39,601 nt of DNA from assembly GCA_039715015.1 (NCBI GenBank), contig JBDLIE010000023.1, positions 1 through 39,601 on the forward strand. Reading direction: 5' to 3'. The notes under the pieces are model-generated. The model had not been told where the DNA came from, did no database searches, and saw only the letters and a program-made list of their open reading frames with translations. Shown one piece after another: positions 25,973-34,934 of the stretch. How positions within the stretch are numbered: the stretch's first letter is position 1; every line of letters starts with the position of its first letter. The DNA is from Thermodesulfobacteriota bacterium. Its GTDB lineage: Bacteria > Desulfobacterota > Desulfobulbia > Desulfobulbales > SURF-16. The translations under genes were made by a program, and so were the position numbers.

Positions 25973-26458
25973 ATGTATACACCTATAGTTGGAACCCTTG
26001 GTTATATTCTTTCGCCCGATTCCACCCAGACCTTACTTGTTCATCGCGTTGGCAGAGACAACGACCACCATCTTGGCAAATACAATGGCCTAGGGGGAAA
26101 GATGAAAATAAATGAGGATGTCACCACCTGCATGCGGCGAGAGATCTTCGAAGAATCTGGCCTGACATGTACAGATATGCAGCTCCGCGGCACCATCAAC
26201 TGGCCCAATTTCGGCCCCCAGGGAGAAAACTGGCTTGGATTTATTTTTCTCATCACTGCTTTTTCAGGACAACCATGGCCATCAAACAATGAGGGCACCC
26301 TGGCATGGCACGACCTAACAGAACTTGACAACTTGCCCATGTGGCCGGGTGATCGACATTTTCTCCCCCTTGTTTTTGATAAAAACCCGCGCCCTTTTCA
26401 TGGTTATATGCCCTACGAAAATGGCCACCCCGTGAACTGGAGCTATCAACGGATCTAA
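25973..26458 (+). CDS. NUDIX hydrolase, 8-oxo-dGTP diphosphatase (MutT/MutX-like)
   Basis: Nudix box GGKMKINEDVTTCMRREIFEESGL; KYNGLGG, EGTL.W, LPMWPGDR.FL. Confidence 0.9.
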   Translation: MYTPIVGTLGYILSPDSTQTLLVHRVGRDNDHHLGKYNGLGGKMKINEDVTTCMRREIFEESGLTCTDMQLRGTINWPNFGPQGENWLGFIFLITAFSGQPWPSNNEGTLAWHDLTELDNLPMWPGDRHFLPLVFDKNPRPFHGYMPYENGHPVNWSYQRI

Positions 26459-26575
26459 ATCCTTGACGAACTTCTCCCTGCACTATATTTAGAAACTCAT
26501 CTATAACTCTCGTTCACAACTATCTTTTTCTGAGCACAGCCCGAAAAAACTACCCAAAGTAACAACCCTCAGCCC

Positions 26576-28255
26576 ATGACCTTTACCACCTTAAACCATC
26601 TTTTAGACCAAAGTTGCCGTAAGTTTGCCGACAGACCCGCCCTCAGCCTGGCCTTTGAATCTCCACTTTCGTTCAAACAGCTGCAGTCCAAAGTCGTCAA
26701 ACTTGCTGCCGTTCTTCACCATGAAGGCATCAAAAAAAAGGACAAGGTGGCCATCCTGGCAGAAAATTCGCCAAACTGGGCTGCTGCCTATTTTGCCATT
26801 ACTCGCCTGGGTGCCATTGCCGTACCTATCTTGCCTGATTTTCCTCACGCTGATGTCCGCCACGTTCTTTCTGAATCCAAATGCAAGATTATTTTCACCA
26901 GTCAGCGTCAGATTGAAAAAACCTATGAACTAGAACGCGGCAACCTTAAAACCATTGTCACTCTGGACGACAGCCTCGACCCATCGGCATCACACAACGT
27001 GGAACCCCTGACCATCTTTCTTGAAAGAGAGGAACAGCTGCTGGCTAAAATCATGCCCAAGGTGGAAAAATTAGCCCAAGCAGTGAGCGCTGATGATCTT
27101 GCCTCGGTGATATACACTTCCGGCACTTCAGGCCACTCCAAAGCAGTGATGCTTTCCCACGGCAACTTCTGCGCCAATGTAACTTCTGGAAATAAGGTTC
27201 TGACCACGGCAACACCTGAATGGACCTTTCTTTCCATTCTGCCAGTGAGCCACACCTACGAATTTACTGTTGGCCTGCTTATTCCCATGAGCCAAGGCTG
27301 CCGAGTAGTCTATGCCGGCAAGCCTCCCACCCCAACTTTTCTTGAACGTATCTGCAAAAAAGAGCAGCCTGAAGTCATGTGCGTGGTGCCCATGGTCATG
27401 GAAAAAATATATAAAAAACGGGTGCTATCTGCTCTAAACGCAAAAAAGGTCCTGCGCCTAGCCTGCAAGATTGGACCTGTTCGTCGAAAAATCATGAAAA
27501 AAATCGGCGATCGCCTCCTCGCTTTTTTCGGCGGCAACCTTCAACTTCTGGCCATTGGCGGAGCTGCTTTAAATTATGAAGCCGAGCATTTTCTCCGCGA
27601 GGCTGGCCTCCCATATATGGTAGGTTATGGCCTCACCGAAGCGTCACCCCTTCTCTCTGGCGGACCTATTGGCGGGGTTGAAATTCCTTTAGGCGCCTGC
27701 GGTATGCCCATGCCTGATGTAGAAATTAAAATCCATGAACCAAATGAGAAGACAGGCATTGGTGAGATCTGGGCTAAGGGCGACAATATTATGCAGGGCT
27801 ACGAGGGTAACCCGGATGCCACCAAAGACACCTTGAAACCAGGAGGATGGCTTGCAACAGGTGACCTCGGTCGCCTTGACGGACAAGGATTTCTCCACAT
27901 AAAAGGGCGGTCCAAGAGCGTCATTGTCCTTTCCAGTGGGGAGAATATTTACCCGGAAACAATTGAAGAAAAATTAAATAGCGCCGAATGGGTGGCTGAA
28001 TCACTTGTTGTCGGAAACAACAATCAGCTTGAGGCTAAAATTTATCTCGATCACGACATTATTGCCCGGGACACAGCCAAAAAAACAGTCAAAGAACGTT
28101 TGAACTATACCCATAATCTCATGGCAGATCTAAGAATTGAAATCAACGCTCAACTGCCGACATATTCCAAAATTCACCACTTTACAGAACGACAAGAACC
28201 GTTTATCAAGACGGCTACCCATAAAATTAAACGATATCTATACACTGGCAGCTAG
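26576..28255 (+). CDS. Long-chain fatty acid-CoA ligase (AMP-binding, FadD-like)
   Basis: IYTSGTSGHSKAVMLSH, GYGLTE, GWLATGDLG, GRSKSVIV.SSGENIYPE.IE motifs. Confidence 0.92.
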   Translation: MTFTTLNHLLDQSCRKFADRPALSLAFESPLSFKQLQSKVVKLAAVLHHEGIKKKDKVAILAENSPNWAAAYFAITRLGAIAVPILPDFPHADVRHVLSESKCKIIFTSQRQIEKTYELERGNLKTIVTLDDSLDPSASHNVEPLTIFLEREEQLLAKIMPKVEKLAQAVSADDLASVIYTSGTSGHSKAVMLSHGNFCANVTSGNKVLTTATPEWTFLSILPVSHTYEFTVGLLIPMSQGCRVVYAGKPPTPTFLERICKKEQPEVMCVVPMVMEKIYKKRVLSALNAKKVLRLACKIGPVRRKIMKKIGDRLLAFFGGNLQLLAIGGAALNYEAEHFLREAGLPYMVGYGLTEASPLLSGGPIGGVEIPLGACGMPMPDVEIKIHEPNEKTGIGEIWAKGDNIMQGYEGNPDATKDTLKPGGWLATGDLGRLDGQGFLHIKGRSKSVIVLSSGENIYPETIEEKLNSAEWVAESLVVGNNNQLEAKIYLDHDIIARDTAKKTVKERLNYTHNLMADLRIEINAQLPTYSKIHHFTERQEPFIKTATHKIKRYLYTGS

Positions 28256-28319
28256 TAACTCTAAGTTTAAATTAGTTTTATTTTTAACACCTTTTAAAAG
28301 ATAGTTAACGGGGGAGATA

Positions 28320-29600
28320 ATGAAGAAAAAAATCGCTTTACTTGCATTAACAGGGATCTTTACCGCAGGCAGTGCCTTGGCTTCAGGCTGGCGCATTCCT
28401 GAGCAATCAGTAAATTCTACAGCTTTAAGTGCTGCTTATGTAGCTAATGCCAATGGTGCTGATGCCGCTTATTTCAACCCGGCAAACATGAGCTTTGTTG
28501 AAGACAAGGAAAACTGGCAGCTTGAAATTGATTTCATGTATATACACCTGGGCAAAATAGATTTTGAACACCTCACCACCCCTGCTTTTAACGGCGATTC
28601 TATGGATGAGGATTTTTTCCTCCCCCTCTTTCACATGGTCTCCCCAGAGTTCAACAATATGCGCTTCGGGCTCTCCTTTATAGTTCCCGGCGGCCTTGCA
28701 AAACGGTGGGATGAAGGTTACCAGGGTGCTACAGCCGGCGAATTTTCCTTGGAAATTATGGAACTCAACCCCACCTTGTCCTACAAATTGCATGACATGG
28801 TATCTATTGCAGGTGGTGTCCGGGCTGTTTATAGTTCTGGTCGTGTGAGTAGTGATGCGCTTGGCACATTCACCGGCAATCCCGCTCTTACTTCAGTATC
28901 CCGGGAGATGACTGGTGATTCCATTGATGAGGGCTATAACCTTGCTCTCACCGTCAAGCCCATGGACAACCTGACAACCTCTATCACTTGGCGTTCTAGA
29001 GTAGATCTCACTGTTGAAGCTGATGATCTGACCCTGCGCTCCACTGGTATGTTTCCACCACTGACTGACCAGCTTTATACCGGTGACGCCAACGTAACCG
29101 TGCCTCTTCCAGAGGTTTTTACCCTGGCAGTGGCCTACACCATTAAGGACACAACCATTGAGGTTAGCTGGGACCGAACTTTCTGGTCAGACTACAAGCA
29201 GCTCGACTTTGATTATGATGCAAGCATCGCCCTGACTCCAATACTGCAAACCGCTTTTGACACTCCACAAGCCCGTGACTACAACGATGCCGACGCTTAT
29301 CGGATTGGCGTTACCCACAAAATGCTAGAAGACAGGCTCACCCTGATGGCTGGCTTTGCCATTGATGACACTCCAGTTCCTGATGACACCCTTGGTTTTG
29401 AGTTGCCCGACTCTGACGCCAAGATTTATTCTCTTGGTGCTAAGTATAAATTGAATGACCAGTATGAACTTGGGGTGGCCTACCTTTTTGATGACAAAGA
29501 GGAGCGCAGCCTCCGCGTAGACGACAATAATACCATTGTTGGTGAGTTCACTAATGCTGCAGCCCATATGGTTACCATCGGCTTGAACACAACGTTTTAA
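28320..29600 (+). CDS. FadL/OmpP1/TodX outer-membrane transporter
   Basis: Signal peptide, ASGW...EQS hatch, A.A.YFNPANM, ELPDSD, C-terminal Phe; downstream of the acyl-CoA ligase. Confidence 0.92.
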   Translation: MKKKIALLALTGIFTAGSALASGWRIPEQSVNSTALSAAYVANANGADAAYFNPANMSFVEDKENWQLEIDFMYIHLGKIDFEHLTTPAFNGDSMDEDFFLPLFHMVSPEFNNMRFGLSFIVPGGLAKRWDEGYQGATAGEFSLEIMELNPTLSYKLHDMVSIAGGVRAVYSSGRVSSDALGTFTGNPALTSVSREMTGDSIDEGYNLALTVKPMDNLTTSITWRSRVDLTVEADDLTLRSTGMFPPLTDQLYTGDANVTVPLPEVFTLAVAYTIKDTTIEVSWDRTFWSDYKQLDFDYDASIALTPILQTAFDTPQARDYNDADAYRIGVTHKMLEDRLTLMAGFAIDDTPVPDDTLGFELPDSDAKIYSLGAKYKLNDQYELGVAYLFDDKEERSLRVDDNNTIVGEFTNAAAHMVTIGLNTTF

Positions 29601-29616
29601 CTGATATCTTTCCCGG

Positions 29617-29649
29617 AACAAAGAGGGTGCAATAACCATCCTCTTTGTT
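29617..29649 (+). terminator. Probable terminator hairpin after the fadL-like gene
   Basis: AACAAAGAGGGTG / CATCCTCTTTGTT stem with one G-U pair, 7-nt loop. Confidence 0.55.
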
Positions 29650-29696
29650 ACGCTCATTAGTTTTTACCCCATTTAACCTTTTCAGGATCTACTATC

Positions 29697-30872
29697 TTGG
29701 CCTCACTTGACAACGCAGACGTCCATATTATCCAGCATGATGATCGCCAGATCATTTTGCTCGGTACCGCCCATGTTTCACAAAAATCCGTGGATCTTGT
29801 TCAGCAGGTTATTGAGGAGGAACGTCCGGACTGCGTCTGCGTGGAGCTTGACGAAAAACGTTACGAATCCCTGTCCAAAAAACAGCGTTGGCAATCCTTA
29901 GATATTAAGCAGATCATCCGCAAAAAACAGCTCTCCACCTTGATGATCAACCTGACTCTGGCCTCTTACCAAAAAAAACTGGGGGACCAATTAGGCGTCA
30001 CTCCGGGCTCTGAGCTTCTTGAGGCTACCCGCTCGGCTGATAAATTTAACATCCCTATTTCTCTTTGTGACCGTGATGTGCGGGTTACCTTACGAAGGGC
30101 ATGGAAGAAGACCTCCTTTTTCAAAAAGGGCTACCTGCTCGCCTCTCTCTTTGCCAGTCTTTTTGACACTACAGAGCTGAGCGAAGAGAAACTGAGCGAA
30201 TTAAAAGAAAGTGATGCTCTCTCAGAACTCCTTGCTGAAATGGGCGAGGCCCTGCCTGAGATCAAACAGGTGCTCATTGACGAGCGCGACACCTTTCTTG
30301 CTGAAAAGATTAAGGCGTCGTCGGGCGATAAGATCGTCGCGGTTGTTGGCGCTGGTCATGTTGCCGGCATCAAAGAGGCTCTTTGTGAAGATCGCAGTGC
30401 CCAGATGGAGGAAATCAACACTATCCCGCCGGTTTCACCGGCCTGGAAAATGATGGGTTGGTTAATACCGCTGATAATCCTTGGCTCCATCGGCTATATA
30501 GGTTTTAACCAAGGAAGCCAGGCTGCCGGGGCCAATGCTTTATACTGGGTGCTTGCTAACGGCATCCCCTCATCCCTTGGCGCCTTTATTGGCCTGGCCC
30601 ATCCGGCTACCATCCTTACCGCCTTTCTTGCCGCGCCCATTACCTCTCTCACCCCAGTAATTGGCGCCGGTTATGTCTGCGCCTTTATCCAGGCCATGAT
30701 GCGCCCCCCCTTGGTCCGAGAATTTGAAAATGCCATGGCAGATATGGCCACGGTGCGGGGCTGGTGGCATAACAACCTCCTAAAGGTCTTTCTTGCTTTT
30801 TTACTACCTGGCATTGGGAGCATGATTGGCACCTGGGTTGGCGGTTATGAAATTATCTCCAACCTTGTTTAA
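29697..30872 (+). CDS. TraB/PrgY (TraB/GumN) family protein
   Basis: LLGTAHVS..S, PD.VCVELD..R, PGSE, L.DRD...TL.RAW, LIDERD, VAVVGAGH, C-terminal TMs; TTG start with AGGA. Confidence 0.9.
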   Translation: MASLDNADVHIIQHDDRQIILLGTAHVSQKSVDLVQQVIEEERPDCVCVELDEKRYESLSKKQRWQSLDIKQIIRKKQLSTLMINLTLASYQKKLGDQLGVTPGSELLEATRSADKFNIPISLCDRDVRVTLRRAWKKTSFFKKGYLLASLFASLFDTTELSEEKLSELKESDALSELLAEMGEALPEIKQVLIDERDTFLAEKIKASSGDKIVAVVGAGHVAGIKEALCEDRSAQMEEINTIPPVSPAWKMMGWLIPLIILGSIGYIGFNQGSQAAGANALYWVLANGIPSSLGAFIGLAHPATILTAFLAAPITSLTPVIGAGYVCAFIQAMMRPPLVREFENAMADMATVRGWWHNNLLKVFLAFLLPGIGSMIGTWVGGYEIISNLV

Positions 30873-30880
30873 GGAAGAAT

Positions 30881-31216
30881 ATGTCTAAGAAAAAGAAAAA
30901 AAACGCCCCGCATCTTTCCAAAAAACAGCTGCGCTTCCTCCGTGGTCTTGCCCACCCCCTTGATCCTCTTGCCATGATCGGCCAACACGGGCTGACAAGC
31001 CAGGTTGTTAAGGCCGTAGAAGATGTCTTTCGAACCCATGAGCTGATCAAGGTGAAGGTCCAGAGCACAGCGGATGTTGACCGTCCTGAAGCCGCGGCCC
31101 AACTTGCCAAGGATAGCCGCTCTGCTCTAGTGCAGATCATAGGACGGATTATTATTCTGTACCGCCCCAACAGCGATATTCCTGCTGACCAGTCTATTCA
31201 TCTTCCTAAAAGCTAG
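30881..31216 (+). CDS. yhbY: YhbY (CRM domain) ribosome-assembly RNA-binding protein
   Basis: LS.KQ.RFLRGLAH.L.P...IG..GLT, HELIKVK, VQIIGR.IILYR. Confidence 0.93.
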   Translation: MSKKKKKNAPHLSKKQLRFLRGLAHPLDPLAMIGQHGLTSQVVKAVEDVFRTHELIKVKVQSTADVDRPEAAAQLAKDSRSALVQIIGRIIILYRPNSDIPADQSIHLPKS

Positions 31217-31224
31217 TACTCCCA

Positions 31225-32073
31225 ATGTCTGCGGCCTCTCGCCTCAAATCACTGCTTGCCCAACCAGATTTGCTGGTCATGCCTTGCTGCTATGATGCTT
31301 TGAGTGCAAAACTCATCGAACAGGCGGGTTTTCAACTCACCTTCATGAGTGGATTTGCCGTTTCTGCAGCCCGGCTTGGACTTCCTGACACCGGCCTTAT
31401 TTCCTATGGTGAAATGCTTGACCAAGGACGTGCCATTTGCGCTGCTACATCTCTCCCTGTGCTTGGTGATGGCGACACTGGTTATGGCAATGCCGTGAAT
31501 ACCAAACGTACAGTTCAGGGCTATGCCCAGGCAGGTTTTGCCTGTGTGATGATTGAGGACCAGCTAAGCCCAAAGCGCTGTGGTCATACCAAGGGCAAAG
31601 AGGTGGTCAATCGCGGCGAAGCGTGTAAACGCATAGAGGCGGCAGTAGATGCCCGCAATGAAGGGGCTGACATTCTAATCATGGCCCGTACTGATGCCCG
31701 GGCGCCCCTTGGCTTTGAAGAGGCCCTTGAGCGCTGCCGAGACTTTGCCGCCCTGGGGGCTGACCTTATTTTTCTTGAAGCGCCCCAAAATGAAGAAGAA
31801 ATGGCCCGTTTCTGTCATGAAATCCCAGCGCCCTGTATGGCCAATATGATCCAAAACGGCCAGACTCCCCTTCTTCCTCCGGCCCGTCTTCAAGAGCTTG
31901 GTTTCAAAATAGCCGCCTATCCCCTTACCCTTCTCAGCTCTGCTGTGGAGGCCATCGAAAAATCGTTGGCCGCTCTACGAGAAGGCAGCTACCCAGAACA
32001 CATTTCCTTTTCCCACCTCAAAGAGGTGATAGGTTTTCCTGAATATTATCGAGAAGATGAGCGTTACTCCTAA
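31225..32073 (+). CDS. Isocitrate lyase/PEP mutase superfamily enzyme (PrpB/dimethylmalate lyase-like)
   Basis: YDALSA, GLPD.G, DGDTGYG, IEDQ..PKRCGH, ARTDAR motifs. Confidence 0.9.
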   Translation: MSAASRLKSLLAQPDLLVMPCCYDALSAKLIEQAGFQLTFMSGFAVSAARLGLPDTGLISYGEMLDQGRAICAATSLPVLGDGDTGYGNAVNTKRTVQGYAQAGFACVMIEDQLSPKRCGHTKGKEVVNRGEACKRIEAAVDARNEGADILIMARTDARAPLGFEEALERCRDFAALGADLIFLEAPQNEEEMARFCHEIPAPCMANMIQNGQTPLLPPARLQELGFKIAAYPLTLLSSAVEAIEKSLAALREGSYPEHISFSHLKEVIGFPEYYREDERYS

Positions 32074-32165
32074 GCTCTTTTTTCACCTGCCACCCTCCTC
32101 CCCGCCGCCCCCCTGGCCCTGTCTTTTAAATATTTTTTCCTTCCCTAACTTTTCTCCTTGACTCA

Positions 32166-32184
32166 AGTAGTAACAATTACTATT
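32166..32184. promoter_or_regulatory. PerR-like operator palindrome AGTAGTAACAATTACTATT
   Basis: TAGTAA-N3-TTACTA inverted repeat just after TTGACT (32158-32163), 30 nt before the DVU0772-family start; DVU0772 is in the Desulfovibrio PerR regulon (recalled knowledge). Confidence 0.65.
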
Positions 32185-32214
32185 TGTATCTTAAAGCCAA
32201 CAGGGAGGTGCCCC

Positions 32215-32601
32215 ATGCTTACTCTTGACCAGTTGATATCAAATAGGCAGCTTATCAATCGCATAGATTGGGAAATGACCCCTGAGAAGGCTGTTGAAAT
32301 GTACCTTGAATGGGGTACGGGCTGGATTCGAGGACATGATTTTGTGGCCAGCGACCATGACGAATCATATTATTTTGTCCTCTTTGATTGGGAAGAACCA
32401 CAGGTGACCTTGATTAAGCGAACCGTTAAAGGTGCTGAAGAACTTGCCAAGGTACCTGTTCCCCCGGAACTCTTTGAAAAAGCCTGGAAAGATGATGGAA
32501 TCAGACCAGGAGGTTCAGTCCATAAAATAAACAACGAGCTGAAAAAATATTTAGAAAAAATTCTCCACGGTCCGCCGGTTGATTTTAGCATTACCCATTA
32601 G
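32215..32601 (+). CDS. DVU0772 family protein (oxidative-stress associated, sulfate reducers)
   Basis: IDWEMTPEKAVEMYLEWG signature; SD GGGAGG before ATG 32215. Confidence 0.8.
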   Translation: MLTLDQLISNRQLINRIDWEMTPEKAVEMYLEWGTGWIRGHDFVASDHDESYYFVLFDWEEPQVTLIKRTVKGAEELAKVPVPPELFEKAWKDDGIRPGGSVHKINNELKKYLEKILHGPPVDFSITH

Positions 32602-32712
32602 TACCTCTCTCCTCCTTAAGTAGTACCCACCTTCACTGTGAGGGTGGTTTAGCTTCATACCTCTCTCCTCTCGCCCCTATCCGGTCTCTCTCCCGGATAG
32701 GGGTATTTTTTT
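32602..32712 (+). ncRNA. Candidate 3'-UTR-derived sRNA with repeated CU-rich anti-SD motifs
   Basis: TACCTCTCTCCTC at 32602 and 32658, hairpin 32627-32647, terminal hairpin with a TCTCTCTC loop. Confidence 0.35.
32674..32712 (+). terminator. Rho-independent terminator
   Basis: Perfect 11-bp stem CCCCTATCCGG/CCGGATAGGGG followed by TATTTTTTT. Confidence 0.9.
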
Positions 32713-32850
32713 GCTCTTGGCCCCCCTCCCCCATTACCATTTCAACTCTTTGACACTAAAATTCTCATTGAAAGTGACCATCTTTTTTTGTACTGACAGG
32801 GAAAGTTGCGGTATGGTGGCAACCACCTATCCCATAAAGCACATTTCACC

Positions 32851-33576
32851 ATGACCATTGACAGGCTTTTTAACGACATAAACGACAGTGTTGACTTCAC
32901 CTTTAACGACAAAGTCGCTGAGGTGTTTGACGATATGCTTGAACGCTCGGTGCCCTGCTACCGACAGGTCATCGACATGACCGGCAAACTACTGGACCCC
33001 TTTGTCCAAGATGGCGATGTCATCTATGACCTGGGATGCTCCACCGGGCGTCCACTTCTTGCCCTGGCTGAAATGCTCAAGGCCAAAAAAATGAGCTATA
33101 TTGGCCTAGACAGTTCCGAGGCCATGATCAATAAGGCCCGGCTCAAGGCCGAGATGTTTTCGCGACAAGAACAGGTATCTTTTGAACTTGCCGACATCAC
33201 TACCGCACACCTAGAACCCTGCCGCGCTGTCCTCTTGAGCTACACCCTTCAGTTTTTGCGGCCCATGCAAAGAACAGCCTTTCTTAAGAAAATTTTTCAG
33301 GCCCTGAAGCCAGGTGGGATATTGATTCTCTCAGAAAAAATCATCTCCCACCACTCCAGCCTTAATCGCAGTTTTATCGATATCTATCTTGATTTTAAGC
33401 GCAGGCAGGGCTACTCCGAGATTGAAATCACCAAAAAACGGGAGGCGCTGGAGAATATCCTGATCCCCTTCTCCATTGAGGAAAACCTTAACCAACTTAA
33501 GGAAGCCGGCTTTACAGGCTGCGAAAGTTTTTTTCAGTGGTTTAATTTCGTCTCCTTTGCAGCGGTGAAAGAATAA
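32851..33576 (+). CDS. cmoA: Carboxy-S-adenosyl-L-methionine synthase CmoA
   Basis: DF.FN..VAEVFDDML.RSVP.Y, YDLGCSTG, YTLQFL, ILSEK, FKR.QGYS..EI..KREALEN; TAATG overlap with cmoB. Confidence 0.93.
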   Translation: MTIDRLFNDINDSVDFTFNDKVAEVFDDMLERSVPCYRQVIDMTGKLLDPFVQDGDVIYDLGCSTGRPLLALAEMLKAKKMSYIGLDSSEAMINKARLKAEMFSRQEQVSFELADITTAHLEPCRAVLLSYTLQFLRPMQRTAFLKKIFQALKPGGILILSEKIISHHSSLNRSFIDIYLDFKRRQGYSEIEITKKREALENILIPFSIEENLNQLKEAGFTGCESFFQWFNFVSFAAVKE

Positions 33577-34547
33577 TGGATTTTAGTTTCGACTATCTCA
33601 ATCTTCTTCCAAACGCCAGCCATGCCGAGCTAGTAAAGAGGCAGGAAGCCCACATCAACAGGCTGACCAGCCTCAAAAAAGGTATCCGCAGCCTGCGGGA
33701 ACGGGCTGATTCCCTGGCCCATCTCAACACTGAGCACCTCGATTTTTCGGGTGATGCGGTCACCATTGGTGATAACGAAGAAATTTCCAAACAGGACCGC
33801 GAAAAGCTGCTGAGCGCTCTCAAGGGATGTATGCCTTGGCGAAAGGGCCCTTTTTCTATCTTTGGCATTGATATTGATGCCGAATGGCGCTCAAACAGGA
33901 AATGGGACAGATTGCTTCCCGTGCTGCCGGACCTGAAGGACAAGGTCATCGCCGATGTGGGCAGCAATAACGGCTACTACATGTTCCGCATGGCCCACCA
34001 TGACCCTAAACTGGTGCTTGGTTTCGAGCCCTATCTCCACCACTATTTCACCTTCAGGATGCTTAATGGTTTTGCCGGATGCCCGAACCTGGAGCTTGAC
34101 ATCCTCGGTGTTGAAGACATGGGGTTGTTTGCAGAAAGTTTCGATGTTGTTTTTTTGATGGGCATTCTTTACCACCGCATCTCGCCCTTGGAATGCCTTA
34201 AAGAGGTGAAAAAATCGATGACCCCAGGCGGCACCCTCATTGTTGAATCCCAGGCCATCCCCGGCGAGGAACCTGTCGCCCTCTTCCCGCAAGGACGCTA
34301 CGCCAAGGTGCCAGGCACCTATTTTGTGCCCACCGGGGCCTGCATCAAAAATTGGATGATCCGGGCCGGATTTTCAGAGGTGGAGATTTTCTGCAGCCAC
34401 TCCATGAGCAGCAAAGAGCAGCGGCGGACTAAATGGATGGATTTTGAATCCTATACTGACTTTATCGACCCCCAAAATCCACAGCTCACCATTGAAGGCC
34501 ACCCGGCCCCGCTGCGTGTTTTTCTCAAAGGAATTGCTGATGGATAA
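33576..34547 (+). CDS. cmoB: tRNA 5-carboxymethoxyuridine synthase CmoB
   Basis: PWRKGPF...G..IDAEWRS..KW.R, DVG.NNGYY.FRM, GILYHR.SP, RYAK, EQRRT.WM, T.EG.PAP.R. Confidence 0.95.
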   Translation: MDFSFDYLNLLPNASHAELVKRQEAHINRLTSLKKGIRSLRERADSLAHLNTEHLDFSGDAVTIGDNEEISKQDREKLLSALKGCMPWRKGPFSIFGIDIDAEWRSNRKWDRLLPVLPDLKDKVIADVGSNNGYYMFRMAHHDPKLVLGFEPYLHHYFTFRMLNGFAGCPNLELDILGVEDMGLFAESFDVVFLMGILYHRISPLECLKEVKKSMTPGGTLIVESQAIPGEEPVALFPQGRYAKVPGTYFVPTGACIKNWMIRAGFSEVEIFCSHSMSSKEQRRTKWMDFESYTDFIDPQNPQLTIEGHPAPLRVFLKGIADG

Positions 34548-34559
34548 AAGATGGACAAG

Positions 34560-34934
34560 CTATTTGTTCAGCTCTACCTTTTCAACTATGCGGCCGTAAT
34601 ACTCTTCCTGGGCCTGCAGATTGACAGACCTGCCGCCCCGTGATTCCATTTTCATGAGCAGGACATTGAGCTTACGCATCTGCTGGAGACGGACATGCTC
34701 ATCTTCACTGCTGGCAATGAGTTCCTCTAGACGCTGGACCTCTTTCCGGTCCAGAATTTCCTGGGGAACGTAACCGCTATTTTTCAAAATCTTATAGGCC
34801 ATCTGCAGATCTGCAGGCACAAAGGAGTCATCATCTAGAGCCAGAGGCTTATCCTTCCACTGCTCAAAGGTAAGACTGCCCTCGCTGATGGCCTGATTAA
34901 TCCGGCGCTCGGCAATAATCCGAAAAGCTTCCAT
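34560..34934 (-). CDS. DUF1992 / DnaJ-like domain protein
   Basis: IAERRI..AI.EG......KPL.LDD...VP.DL.MAYKILKNSGYVP.E motif. Confidence 0.85.
   Translation of the reverse strand: MEAFRIIAERRINQAISEGSLTFEQWKDKPLALDDDSFVPADLQMAYKILKNSGYVPQEILDRKEVQRLEELIASSEDEHVRLQQMRKLNVLLMKMESRGGRSVNLQAQEEYYGRIVEKVELNK

Noticed and set aside
26576..29600. fadD/fadL-like pair as evidence of hydrocarbon degradation
   Set aside because: A common fatty-acid uptake arrangement; no activating enzymes nearby
29697..30872. TraB name suggesting conjugation or a mobile element
   Set aside because: TraB/PrgY family is a chromosomal protein family; no relaxase, integrase or T4SS genes are present
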